From Chiloscyllium plagiosum (taxonomy: Eukaryota), in contig NC_057755.1 of NCBI RefSeq assembly GCF_004010195.1, positions 10,139,989-10,203,988 on the forward strand: a stretch of 64,000 nucleotides of DNA, read 5' to 3'. The position numbers and the translations under genes are program-made. Under the pieces are notes generated by a model. The model worked only from the letters and a program-made list of their open reading frames with translations. It did no database searches and was not told the origin of the DNA. Within the stretch, counting starts at the first letter, position 1; each line of letters starts with the position of its first letter. Positions 50,584-62,749 of the stretch are shown here, one piece after another.

Positions 50584-51615
50584 AAAACAACAACTAAAAC
50601 TTAGGTATTTGTTTCACAACCAAATGTTACATATTTTCAATTTTCCAGTAGACTCTGAGAATGGACGTCAGTCACATCACAGGTGTTTGCATACTCTCAG
50701 TGCAAACAGCATTCACTATCTCTTGAAAGGTACAGTACAACACCTTCAACGTCATAACACTAGCACATCCTTCCGAAGAAAAGGTGTCCAAAACGGCTTA
50801 CTACATTCCATATACAATCGAATCAGAACCTTCTGTAGCTTCAGCATTTCAGCTCTTGCATTGTCGCTCAATGAATGTTAAGATTACACTTGCTTTCCTA
50901 ACTGCCACATGAATTTGAATGTTAGCGTTAAGACCATGCTGAACGAGGATTCCTCATATATTTTGAGCTTTAGATTTCTGAAGCCTTTCCTAATATCGAG
51001 AACAGTGTACGTCTCTGTCTTTTCTACCAAAGTGCACAAACTCATACTTACGCACATCTCATTCCATCCTGACGCAACCTTTCTCACTGTAATATTCTGC
51101 AAGTATCGGTTGTTCTGTGTCTTGATTACGTTTGAACAAAAAGCCTACCCTGGCTGCATAAACATGTAAGCGCAATCAGTACCACTGATCTTGTCTCCAG
51201 TGTCTCTGATGCAGGAGATAGATTGCCAGACTTGCCTTTGATGAGTTTTTGATGTTGATATTTCTGCAAGAGTGGGAAGTAGAGTACTTGGGAAAGTTTT
51301 TCTAAAGAATCCAGCAACAAGTGCCACAGTCAGTCAATCATAACCTGACAGTAGAGAAAGCCAGGAGACTGATGCTTTCCTTTGAAATAATACAAACCGG
51401 AGAAGTCACTTGAGTTGTTTAATCCTTGCCCTCTCTATATATTAAACAGCCGCTGATCAAATCATTCTCTTGTGTGTTCTGTGCAGTATCGTAGAATTCT
51501 CCTAGCTTGACATGTTCTTCATCATTCAAATTGTAAGGAAGATGTTTCACTATCCTATGACCATTACTGTATATAATTAAATAGCCATTTATTCATAGAT
51601 CCCTTGCTCTCTTAC

Positions 51616-51780
51616 TTGGCATTTGGTGACATCCTATCCAGAGCTGCGAATTATCTTCTGTCTCAACACTGAAGCATGTTTCCTCTAGTGCGGTACTTTC
51701 AGACTGTTGGAACATCAGGTTGCTAATTCCTTCATCACAAATGATTTTCAGACTGTATTTGATGTTGTCCTGAGCCATTA
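51616..51780 (-). CDS. Candidate 165-nt phase 1-1 exon, copy B (probably NLR N-terminal region)
   Basis: gctgtcag| acceptor, a|gtaag donor; open frame MAQDNIKYSLK..CHQMP. Confidence 0.55.
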
Positions 51781-52533
51781 CTGACAGCAATAATGACAAA
51801 ACTGACTGACAGAAACATAAGGAAATAAAGGAATGAGAAAGCGAAACAATGTTATTGAAGTATCAGCTGTAAAATCTGTGGGAACCTCAAACTAGGAACC
51901 ACTTGTCAAACGACAATGCAAACTGATGTGCTGATGTAAACATGCACCAAGAAACACGAAGGCAAAAAGATTTTAGTTGCGTTCTGAAGAGGTTTTACTG
52001 AAATCGCAACGTTAACTCAGCATTTCCTGCGGATATGCTGCCAGATTTCTGGATTTCGACAGTGATTTCACTTTCTGTTTCTGCCTGATGTTTGATTTAC
52101 TGTTTGGAGATTCTGTGCTGGTGTAGCTTTTGGGATGGTGGTGTTAGTGAAGTACGTCAATCAACACAAAGAGAGAAGGTAGCATACGCAGAAGTTAAAT
52201 TTACTGATTGTGCTGTCCACACAAATGAAAAGCAAACTGAATACTACAAGTAATTTCGAACATGAAACTGGATCATCAGCAAATTCTAGACAATTTTATC
52301 CTCAGTACTGAAATTTCTCAAAAAGATTGGATACATTTAGATTGACGTTAATTTCAGCCACTCCTGATGTTGGGTAACATTGTCCATACCGGACAGAATA
52401 ATTTCGCTTCCTGTTTTCCTGATTTCTTTCTCCTCCAGGCGAATGAAATTACAGACTCATATAGAATGCAGAATGCGATTTACAAACTCCAAACCCAAAA
52501 GGACATTTATTCAGAGATCCCTTGCTCTCTTAC

Positions 52534-52698
52534 TTGGCATTTGGTGACATCCTATCCACAGCTGTAAGTTATCTTCTGTCTCGACACTGAAGCATGTTTC
52601 CTCTAGTGTCGTACTTTCCGACTGTTGGAACATCAGGTTGCTAATTCCTTCATCACAAATGATTTTCAGACTGTATTTGATGTTGTCCTGATCCATTA
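52534..52698 (-). CDS. Candidate 165-nt phase 1-1 exon, copy A
   Basis: gttgtcag| acceptor, a|gtaag donor; open frame MDQDNIKYSLK..CHQMP. Confidence 0.55.
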
Positions 52699-53259
52699 CT
52701 GACAACAATAATGACAAAATTCTGTTCACGTCAGGATTTTGGCTTGGGCAGTATGAATTAACATTTAGAAACTGTGCGTGCTGTGAACTTGTCTGCAAAT
52801 GAGAAAATGATAGAAGCCACATGTCATTAAACTTTAAAGAAGAAAATTAATAGCAATTCCAATCTTCATAATTACTGCTTCATTGCTAATTAACGATTGT
52901 TTCAATAAAATGTTCATGCACTTCCAGATAAAGGGTCATTACAAATGTAAAAACCAAACTAACTTTGCAGATAAATTATATCGAATAACTTGCAAACATT
53001 AGCACACTGTTTGAAAATTGCCTGCTTCTTTCTTACAATACAAACTATCCGGTTCTCCATTTTCCAACTGCTCCTTTAAAAAAGTAAATTTGTGAAGTTA
53101 GTCATGGTTAAAACAATGGCAGACAGTAAATTATTTCAATTTTGTATTGGTCTTCCCAGCAGACAAGGTTCTCAAAATAGCTGCATGTCAGGAAGTGCAG
53201 GAAATGAGCAAGCCGAGAAAATAAAACAAAAATCAAATCATCATGAATATGTGACTGAA

Positions 53260-54985
53260 CAGTTGAGCGGTATGGTTAACAATCCAGGAGACTTGTGGGA
53301 CCTATCAGTGGGCATTTAAAGAAATGGCTAATGAGATGCGTTCGAATTGGTGTCGGTATTCTAAAATTCCTTTAATTTCAGAATTGGAAACTGAATGCAG
53401 CAGCAGAAAGTGATCAGCTATCGATCTTAACAATTCTGAGAGAGATCATATTAGATCCTTTTTCAAAGATATTAGGTTATGACAGGAAACGTAAAGATAA
53501 CTGTGCAAAGTCAACGTGGTTTTGTGAAAGAGCAACTGCATTCAGCCAATTCGATTGAACTTTATGACAAAGTAACATGACATGACTGATGGGAAACTGA
53601 TGGGTGTACTTCGAAATCTGGAAGTTATTTGATTGCATGCCACATGAAGATTTTCATCGAATGTCAAAGATCATGGCGTTAGGGTAACATTGATATGATT
53701 AATAAACTTTCCATTCAATAAAAAACAGACAGTAATCATAGGTGAGTCATTATTTCATGGCAAGATACAAGGAGCGGTTAGCCACAGATATTGATTGTCG
53801 GGACGCAGTTGATTACAATTTTTATGCGTGACTTTGAGGAAAGGACCGGAACTTGCTTTTGCTAATTTGCTGATGACACCAAGACAGGGGGGAATAGAAT
53901 TGATGACGAGGAAATAAGGGTGATACACAAATAGATTAACTAGTTTCCAAAGATTTCAAAAAAATGAAATGAAGCGTAGGAAAATGTGAATTTCGTGATT
54001 TTGGCAGAACGAATAAAATAAATATACATAAACAATGAGAGACTGATCCTCTATGTTGCTGGAAATGCTTGTCAATCATTGAAAAGATTAACTTTGCACA
54101 GAGAGCAAGTGACTATGAAAGCTTACTTACTTTCGTTGTTTTCAGTGTTAAGACTCCTTGAGCTCCTTTAAATTTTGAGCTAATGCTTCTCTTATTGTCA
54201 ATTCATTTATACCCAACTGTCAACCTGTTTCTTTTCACCATGTATGTACTTTCATGGATGTGCATCATCCTGCACCTATCAGTTATCTCCATAAGTATTA
54301 GGGATAGTGTATTCAGGGTACATCATCACTTTTTGGTTTAGCATGACAGTATCAATCCACAGACCTGAGTATATTCTGGAAATCTGTGTTCGAATCCTGC
54401 CACGGGAGATGGTGGAGATTGAATTCAACAATAGTCTGGAAACAGAATTCTATTGATGACAATAAAACCGTTGATTACTGTCTGGGAAAACCCCATCCCT
54501 TATACAACTGTCATTGAGGGAATGAAGCCTGCTGTCCTTATCAAGTCTGGTCTACATGTGACTCCAGAAAATCTGCAATGTGTTGAAGGTTGAGGAATAA
54601 ACTTATAGAGGTTTATAAAATCATGAGGGACAGTGATAGGGTAAATAGACAAGGTTTTCTCCTGTGGTAGAGGGGTCCTGAACTAGAGAGCATAAGTTTA
54701 GTGTTAGTGGGGGCGGGGCAGGCTTTAATGGGAACTTAGGCGCAACCATTTTTTTCACACAGAGTGCAGTGCATGCATGAACTAAGCTGACAGAGGAAAT
54801 GGTAGAGGCTGGTATGTTTGCAACATTTAAAAGTCATCTGGATGGGCATGTGAATAGGAGTGTTTTACAGGGATATGGGCCAAGTACTGGCAAATGAGAC
54901 TACATTTATTTAGCTTAACTGTTCAGCATGGACAAATTGGACCAACTGTCAGTTTCTCTGCAGTGCATCTCCATGACTCTTAACT
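53260..54985 (+). mobile_element. Old CR1 fragments with an intervening DeuSINE-like element
   Basis: QRGFVK and FADDTK remnants; CR1 3' end at 54585-54985. Confidence 0.7.
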
Positions 54986-55429
54986 TGAACAACGAATGGT
55001 GGCCTAGCCTATGACTCCTACATCCCATATATGAATAATAAAATTCGTTTCTTAGTGTAATATATCATTGAGCCAACCAGGCATCAAGCTATCTTATACC
55101 TGCTAAAAATGGGAAATGGGACAAGTAAAATATGATGTCAGAGGAAAGGATCTCTAAGGAAGAAATAATCGCAACACGACAGAACTTAATATTCACTTTA
55201 ACAGTGAAAATCCTGGTTCGAAAAGAGTTATGCTTAACTAAATAAAGGGAATTGCCATAAAATTGGGATAGAGGTGTCTGAAGTGAACTGTTTCGTAGGA
55301 ATAATAGTAACCAAGCAGTGGGGTATATTTAAAAAGGTAATTCACGATTTTCTTCAAAAAAGCATCCCAGCGAGGAAAAAAAGATTCTAAGAGAGGCATA
55401 AGCAAACTGTGGTGAGCCCAGGATATTAG

Positions 55430-56100
55430 GCAGTGTACAAAAACAGTAATTGCTGGAAAAGCTCAGTAGGTCTGGCAGAATCTGGGAAGGGAATCCAGAG
55501 TTCATGCTTAACGTCGCTTGACACTTCCTTCGAACGGATGGTAGCTAGGAAAAAGTTAGTTTACACACAGAAGATTGGGTGGGGGGTATTGGTGGAAGGT
55601 AAGGAGTAAATGATAGGTGGTGACAGAATCCAAATGAAGAGAAGTACAGTTAAACAGACAAATGATTCGATAACGATCTGGCTAGGATGTATTTTGGTTG
55701 TTAATTGAGACAGTTAGTGGCTCGAAGCAGACAGTGTGCAACGGCAAACTATGCGATAACAAGGCTTGGTGTTTCGGGTAGGGGGTAGCATAATTGGTCC
55801 AGACAGTTTCAATGTCCCCATGTGGAACATGAGGTGATGTGGAAAATTTAGAAAATGAAAAAAAGTGGAAAATGCGCCAAGCTTCCCTGGAGCACAGCAG
55901 CAAGCCTGAGACAGAGATTTAGCCAGGGAACAGGACGGTTTGTTAAATTGACAGGCAACTGGATGCTCAGGGTCTTCCTTGCACGCAGAAAGTAGGTGTT
56001 CTGGGAAGTGGTCACCCAGTCTATGTTTCATTTTGCCAATGTAGAGGATGCCACATTTTGTGCAGGGAATGTAATAATTAAATTGGGTGACGTGCAGACA
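55430..56100 (-). mobile_element. Penelope-like GIY-YIG + 3' fragment
   Basis: YYIPCTKCGILYIGKMKHRLGDHFPEHL..PVACQFN. Confidence 0.85.
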
Positions 56101-57280
56101 AATATAGAACATAAAACAGTAGAGCACTGAACAGGCCCTTCAGCCCACGATGTTGTGCCGACCATTGATCCTCGTGTAAGGTAAATTTAATGTAAAAACC
56201 CTCAAATTTCTGTGACCATATGCATGTCCAGCAGTCACGTATATATCCCCAGTGACCTCGCTTCCACTACTGCTGCTGGCAACGCATTCCATGTATCACA
56301 ACTCTCTGCGTAAAGAACCCGCCTCTGACATCCCCTCTATACTTTCCGCCAAACAGCTTAAAACGATGACCCTTCGTGTTAACAATTTCTGCTCTGGGAA
56401 ATTGTCTCTGGCTATCAACTATATCTATGGCTTTCATTATCTTGTACACCTCAATTAGGTCCCCTCACTTCCTTCTTTTTTTCCAGTGAAAAAAGTCCAA
56501 GCTCAGTCAACTTCTCTTCGTAAGATAAGCCTTTCATTCCAGGCAGCATCCTAGTAAACCTACTCTGAACCCTCTCCAAAGCATCCACATCTTTCCTATA
56601 ATAGGGCGAGCAGAACTGAACAGATTGTTACAAGTGCAGTCTGACCAAAGTTTTATAGAGCTGCAACAAGATCTCATGGCTCTTAAACTCAATCCCCCTG
56701 TTAATAAAAGCCTAAAAAACATATCCTTTCTAAACAACCCTGTCCACTTGGGTGGCAATTTTAAGAGATCTATGTACCTGCACACCAAGATCCCACTGTT
56801 CCTCCACACTGCCAAGAATCCTGCCTTTATTCCTGCACTCAACTTTCAAGTCCGATCTACCAAAATGCCTCACTTCGCATTTATCTAGGTGGAAATCCAA
56901 CTGCCACATGTCAGCCCATCTCTGCATCCTGTCAATGTCACGCTGCAGCCTACAACAGTCTTCTATACTTTCAAGGACACCTCTAAACTTTGTGTCGTCT
57001 GGAAACTTGCTAACCCATCCTTCAATCTCCTCATCCAAATCATTAATAAATATTACAAAGAGTAGAGGCCCAAGAACAGAGCCCCGTGGAACACCACTCA
57101 CCACTGACTTCCAGGCAGAATACTTCCCTTCTACTACCACTCGCTGTCTTCTGTCAACCAATGCTGAAGTCCATCTACACCACATCCACCGCTTGATCCT
57201 CATCAACTTGTCTCGTAACATTCTCAAAGAACTCATAACATTTGTGAGGCATGACCTGCCCCTCACAAAGCCCCTCACAA
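56101..57280 (-). mobile_element. CR1/HER1 LINE 3' 1.2 kb
   Basis: SGVPRGSVLGPLLF..FPDDTK..WADMWQ; FFTQRVV; ttctat tail. Confidence 0.95.
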
Positions 57281-57590
57281 CATATTGTCTCGCTATCATC
57301 ATTGTTAACAGCTAACCCGAGAATGCAACTTTAAAAAAAGGTTTTGTGATTTACACATGAAAGAAGTGAAATTATCACTGTATTCTAACAGATGAAAGGC
57401 TTAACAGACAATCAATTTTTCAATGTATAATTTCAGTTACATCACACTGTAAATTTTTGCTATAAATTCTGTGCTACGATCGACCCCTCCACTATCACCT
57501 GATGAAGCAGCATCGCTCCAAAAGCTAGTGTGCTTCCAATTAAACCTGCTAGACGAGAAACCTGGTGTTGTGTGATTTTTAACTTTATAC
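57281..57590 (+). mobile_element. Penelope-like 3' terminal fragment with hammerhead-like motif at 57496-57530
   Basis: cac-ctgatga-agcagcatcgctcc-aaaa-gcta-gtg; GAAA altered, consistent with CpG decay. Confidence 0.75.
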
Positions 57591-58356
57591 AGCACAAGTT
57601 AGGATTGTGATGGATTACTCCCGACTTGCTTTGTTGGGAGAAGCCCCAACAAAACTGAATAAGCTTTGTCCAGTCAGGACAATACAAAATGCTTGATTAA
57701 CACCACATGCACACATGTCCACTGTCTGCACTGCTGATATTCAACAACAACATTGAAATTCATCTACAAGATGCACTCCTGAAATTTACCAAATATCTTT
57801 GACAGCACCTCCCAAACCTACGGCCACTTACATCTGGAAGAGAAGGTGTAGGACATAAGTGCGAACACCACTGTCTCCAAATTCTCCCAGCCAAACATCA
57901 TCCTGACTTGGAAATACGTCACCGTTGCTTCACTATATCTGAGTGAAACTACTGGATCACCTACCCCATAGCAAATTGTATTCATCCATAGCAGTTAGAT
58001 TGCAATATTTCAAGAAAGTAACTCTTCACCGCTACCTCCAGGGCAACCAGGGATGAGTAATAATTGCTGGCTCAATCACTGTGACCCATATTTCATGAAA
58101 AAATGAAAGCGAATGCTTTGATTTTCATTCATTTCATTCTCTGGCCTAGTGAAGATTCTCATTTTGGTTCTTCAGTCCACCTTCCAGTGATTATTGGAAT
58201 GACTAGTTCTATGTCAAACACAACTTCACGGTGATTTTGAAATGATATAGGTAATGATGACATCGAAGCAGTATCCTTCACACAATGTCAGACATGTTTT
58301 AAGTTTGTTAGTATATTTTTCAAATCATCGTACAAAAATAGTTCACTCTCTGTTAC

Positions 58357-58384
58357 CTTCAGTGGATGTGTTCAGAGGTTGACA
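58357..58384 (-). pseudogene. Frameshifted copy of the 33-nt micro-exon
   Basis: Same flanks as 62225-62257 (gtgtctcag| ... ctgaag|gtaacagaga) but 28 nt long, i.e. a 5-nt deletion. Confidence 0.55.
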
Positions 58385-59198
58385 CTGAGACACGCACAAA
58401 CTGTACAGCAGTCGAAGGAAGTGAATCATTTCCTTTATCTGCAGAGTAGGCGCATATGTTCGGCACGAAATCATGGGACGAATAACCTGCTCCTCTTGTC
58501 TGCTGTTCTATGTTCTATGATTACTTGGACATGTACATCGGCTGACTTGAGACTGACATGAGCAGTACAACAGCAGATGGAAGTAATGGAAGTGTACAGT
58601 GAAGTAACCTAAAACAACTAACTGATGATTGGATGGGACAGTTAGAAGGGAGATGGAGTGGTGAGGCCAAGAAGGGAGTTACACAAACACGGATGCAGAA
58701 TTATCAAATATAGCTGTTGTTGAACCGGGAGCCGTTGGTCATCAGTGAGCCAAGGTCGTGTTGAGGAAAAACACTTAGTTGCAGAGTTGTAAAATGTAGG
58801 TAATACAGAGACACGCAAGAAGGTCCTGAGACACACATTTGCACAACTATTTCAGTCAAGCATGTCTGCCCAGACCCTCACTGACTATCCAAATTACACA
58901 CTTTGGGGAAAAGTCCAAATTCACTGCCCAGAAATCTGTTTTAGAGGGTAGGGGTGGGAGACTGGGAGTAGGTTTTTTCAGGATGATGGGTATTCGTGCT
59001 GAGAGTGGATCACTGGTTGATGATTTCCCACAAGTGTTTATTTAACGAGTTGTGCGAAATGCTGCACACTGGCCATCTGTCTGCGTCAATGCCACTGTTA
59101 ATTTGAATGGATGCGATGTGATGCTGCCCTCCCTCTTACCGAATCTTTTGATATGTATGGACAACATATGCTTACTATTGTATCTCGTGAGATCATAC

Positions 59199-59370
59199 CT
59201 GTCTTGAGTAGATCCTTCCGTATTTCATTCAGCTTTGGTGTCACGCCATCTACGTTCACACATATTTCCCACAATGTCTTCACTGCTACGAATCCAATTG
59301 TTCTTACTTTATCGAAAATGAATTTTGAAGCCTCACTGTTGCATTTTTCTTTTATCAGCTTCCTCGAATG
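59199..59370 (-). CDS. NLR CARD-like domain, second exon
   Basis: tttctag| phase 0, g|gtatg phase 1; HSRKLIKEKCNSEASKFIFDKVRTIGFVAVKTLWEICVNVDGVTPKLNEIRKDLLKT. Confidence 0.8.
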
Positions 59371-60762
59371 CTAGAAACACATTGCAGGATGATTCAAAAT
59401 CAATACCATGTAATGTACATGTATGGAATTTTTAAAAAGTATATATTTGCCAATCATTGCTGACAGGTTATATAAAATTATATCCAAAGTCACAGTAATG
59501 TATTTGACTCTTAATTTCACTGTGTGGCATTGATTTGTTTGCTTGCCATTGCGACATTTTGTTTTTTTCAATTCAACTGCAGTAACACAGTGGGCACATT
59601 TTGCAATGCAGCCTTTAAAAATATTTCCACTTTAGCTGATGCTGTAGATACGGTATACATAAATTAGCAAATCAGGGCATTGTTTACTTTTAATTTTTCA
59701 TTTCAAACTTCCAACAGTGCGGTGGTTTGCTGTTCCGTTTCTGACATTTTATTTTCCATATTTCAATGCAATATTGAAGAGATTGGTAGAATATATTAAC
59801 ACTACTGAATGACAGACTAGTGAATGCATGGAACAAAAGAACTAAAGGAGATATTAACCAACGAATGGTAATATTTAACAATAAATATTGTCAGGGCATC
59901 ATCTTAAATAATGATAAACTGTTTATCAAATACATGCAGAGCAATTCCGTCTCGGATTTTACATTTGATTTGTTCATTCACATGCTTTGAGCATCACTTG
60001 CTGGGCCAATATTTATTATCTCTCCCAAACTGCCCCCAAGACAGCTAAGAGTCAAGTAGAATACAGTGATTCAGGAAGTAATTTGACATAATGTGCCAAA
60101 TTATGTCTCCCGATTCAATAATAACTGGCACACGTGACATACAGACTGTTAAAGGGCCCATATATGTTATTATTCTGAAGAGAGAACTTGCAACAGGTTC
60201 ACCCACAGTATCTCCGCTACTTCATTGTATTCATTGATCAATAAATGGCTTTACATCCATCAAAATTCTGATTTCGGATTTCAGATTATGAGGTTAAATA
60301 CCACATTATTCTTCAAAGATTTTCACTGCATCATGCTTCTTTGTGGTAATGTGTTGTTCAACTATCGTAAATATCTGGCCTGGTTACACATTGTCTCTAC
60401 TTCAAACCAGAAACAGCAGTTGTGCCCTCAGAATGCAGTTGCTCAGATCTGCATGCCTCTATTGAAATATAATTCTCCTTCAAACAATTTAAACTTCTTT
60501 ATCTGAAAGCTTGAACATCGCAACTTGGACAAGGAGTCATTCACCTGTTATATCAGTGATCTCTGGAAAAGTATCCATTTATTTCTAGATATGCGCTCAG
60601 CTGTGATTTGTTGCCTTAATGAGAAGAGAACGTAACTTTGTTCATTAAGTTTCAGTGTATCCAGAATCCAAGCACAAAATGGGAATCACAAGTTGAATCT
60701 GAAAAATGTTTCTGGCTTCAGATCGAAACCAAAATTCAAAAAATGGCAAGAATCCAACATAC

Positions 60763-60929
60763 CTCACTTTCTTTGTCAGAAATTAATTGTTTACAAAGTA
60801 AATTCACAACAAGCTGTTGACCAAATACCTCCACTGCATCTTTCAGTCTCTGTTCGAATTGTGTTGTGAGCGCTTGCAGATCATACTTTGAGACATTCCT
60901 GAGAAATTCATTGAGCTTTGCCCCATCAT
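60763..60929 (-). CDS. NLR CARD-like domain, first exon
   Basis: ctttctttgctttgtag| phase 1, gag|gtatg phase 0; DGAKLNEFLRNVSKYDLQALTTQFEQRLKDAVEVFGQQLVVNLLCKQLISDKESE; in frame with 59199-59370. Confidence 0.8.
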
Positions 60930-61079
60930 CTACAAAGCAAAGAAAGAGGAGTGAAATATTATTTGCACTGCAACACATTGGAAATTATTTCTTCAAGTGA
61001 TGCCATTGTGTCAAATATAAAAGTTTTGATTTTATTTCCTTTTCCTCTCCGACTTTATAAAAATTCTCAGCCCAACCTC

Positions 61080-62100
61080 CAATGAATTGCAGAAATCCAA
61101 CAGATATCAGACATTGCAGTCGAATCTTGATCAGCTGGGGAGCTAGGCTGAGAAATGGCAAATTGAGTTTATATAGCTATGTGTGGGGTATTGCATTATG
61201 GAAACACAAATCAAGGACGGAGTTTTATGGTGAATGGTAGGGACTTAAGGTGTGTAGTGGAACAGAGGGATCTTGGACTTTAGGTTCAAAGTTGTCTGAA
61301 AGTGGAGTCACGGGTAGACAGGGTAATGAAGAATCTGGATCAGTGGTGCTGGAAGAGCACAGCAATTCAGGCAGCAAGAAGACTGTTGGCACATTGGCCT
61401 TCATCGGTCAGGTCACTGGGTCACGTTTGATAAGATGAAGAAGGGTAGGACCTTACAGTTTATGGTCAGGCACTGAGGAGTGTTGTGGAACAGAGAGATC
61501 AAAGAGTTCAGCTGCATATTTCGTTGAAAATTGTGACACAAGTAGACAGGGTAATGAAGATGGCATTTGGCACGCTTGAGTTCATTACTCAGACAATAAA
61601 CCAAGGATTTTGGACAACATGTTGTTTTACCGGTCATTAGTGAGGGAAGGTTTGAAGTTTTGAGGCACAGTTCTAGTGTCCCTGCTATAGCAATGGTATT
61701 GTTAAATTGGAGAGGGTGCAGACAAGCTTAACATGGGAGTTATCAGGTATTGAGTTTAAGTTATATTAAGAGGCTGAATAGGCTGAGGTTATTTCACTGG
61801 TGGATAGATGGTTGAGCGGTGACATTTTAAAGATTCATAAAACCTTGAGGGGCACACATAATTTGAATAGCCAAAGTCTGTACACTAGGGATGTGGAGTT
61901 CAAACGTAAATTTTAAGGTGAGAAGAAAAATATTCAAAAGGAACTTGAGGGACACCTCTTTCATACCTCGAATGTCGCCTGACCTGCTGTGCTTTTCCAG
62001 CACCAATCTAATCTTGACTCTTATCTCCAGCATCTGCAGTGCCTTCTTCTGCCTGGTTGGATTGAAAGGTCTGTTTCAATGCTATGTGACTCTATGACTT
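61080..62100 (+). mobile_element. Old CR1 fragments with small Penelope-like pieces
   Basis: AEKWQ and LERVQ remnants; ctatgact tail. Confidence 0.8.
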
Positions 62101-62224
62101 AACTTTACCATGAGTTTGGAATTATGCGGGGAGACATAACACAAAGATTTGTCCACAATCTCAGATGTGTTATTGGGTTTTTTTTTTCAAATACAATTTA
62201 TAAAATTAATTCATTCTCTGTTAC

Positions 62225-62257
62225 CTTCAGTGTACTGAATATGTACGGAAATAGATG
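62225..62257 (-). CDS. Candidate 33-nt phase 1-1 micro-exon upstream of the CARD-like exons
   Basis: gtgtgtctcag| and g|gtaaca; SISVHIQYTE; joins in frame to 60929. Confidence 0.55.
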
Positions 62258-62749
62258 CTGAGACACACACAAGCTGAACAGCAACATATGGGAGTCAAAT
62301 ATTCTACTTTTCCTGCAATATACTAGACATGTACAGTGAAGACAGCCAAAACAACTGACTGATGGTGGGATAAAATTGTTCTAAGAAACCGGAGGTTTGA
62401 AGCTGGTGTGAGGACTGATAAAGACAGAAAATGTAGAGTGTGAATAAAGAGGCTATTTTCAGGGTGTTAGGCTGGTATTACTGGGTGCAACAAAGATCAT
62501 CGCTGGAGAGATAACTCTTTTAAATCCTCACTGATGACTGACATGTTGGGATAATGTGTTATTTTGATGATTTCACAAAGTTAGGTGAGAGAGGAAAATG
62601 CAAGAGAGATATAAAATGTCTGCAAAATGCATTGCATAGGTTCAATGAGTGAGTGATCGAGAGATAATATGTACAACATAATGTCAAAAAATGTAAGCGT
62701 TTGATCCATAATTTTAGTCTTGTGAGTGTCTCAGACTGTTGTTCCTTTC

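Larger units (their letters stand above)
45370..50759 (-). mobile_element. Decayed Gmr1-type Gypsy element: LTR (49402-50759), gag, protease, integrase, RNase H remnant, LTR-like fragment
   Basis: gag YEDIKQATLGAHELVPELYRQ and HVKSQCW knuckle; ILRDSVSNQS; LPSEIQADEGSKFTA; KPIGYFTRK. Confidence 0.85.

Noticed and set aside
49897..50881. Long ORFs of 181-269 aa
   Set aside because: They consist mostly of the N gap.
51052..51096. 45-nt minus-strand segment with ttgcag| and |gtaagt signals (NITVRKVASGWNEMC)
   Set aside because: Open in phase 0 but has a stop in the phase 1 required by neighbouring exons; no other support.
56730..57302. 190-aa RT ORF as a domesticated gene
   Set aside because: Internally deleted CR1 fragment with frameshifts downstream.
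8254..61378. Recurrent gctggaaaagcacagcagg-type repeats as a CRISPR-like or regulatory array
   Set aside because: Dispersed, irregularly spaced Penelope termini in eukaryotic DNA; no spacer periodicity or cas genes.
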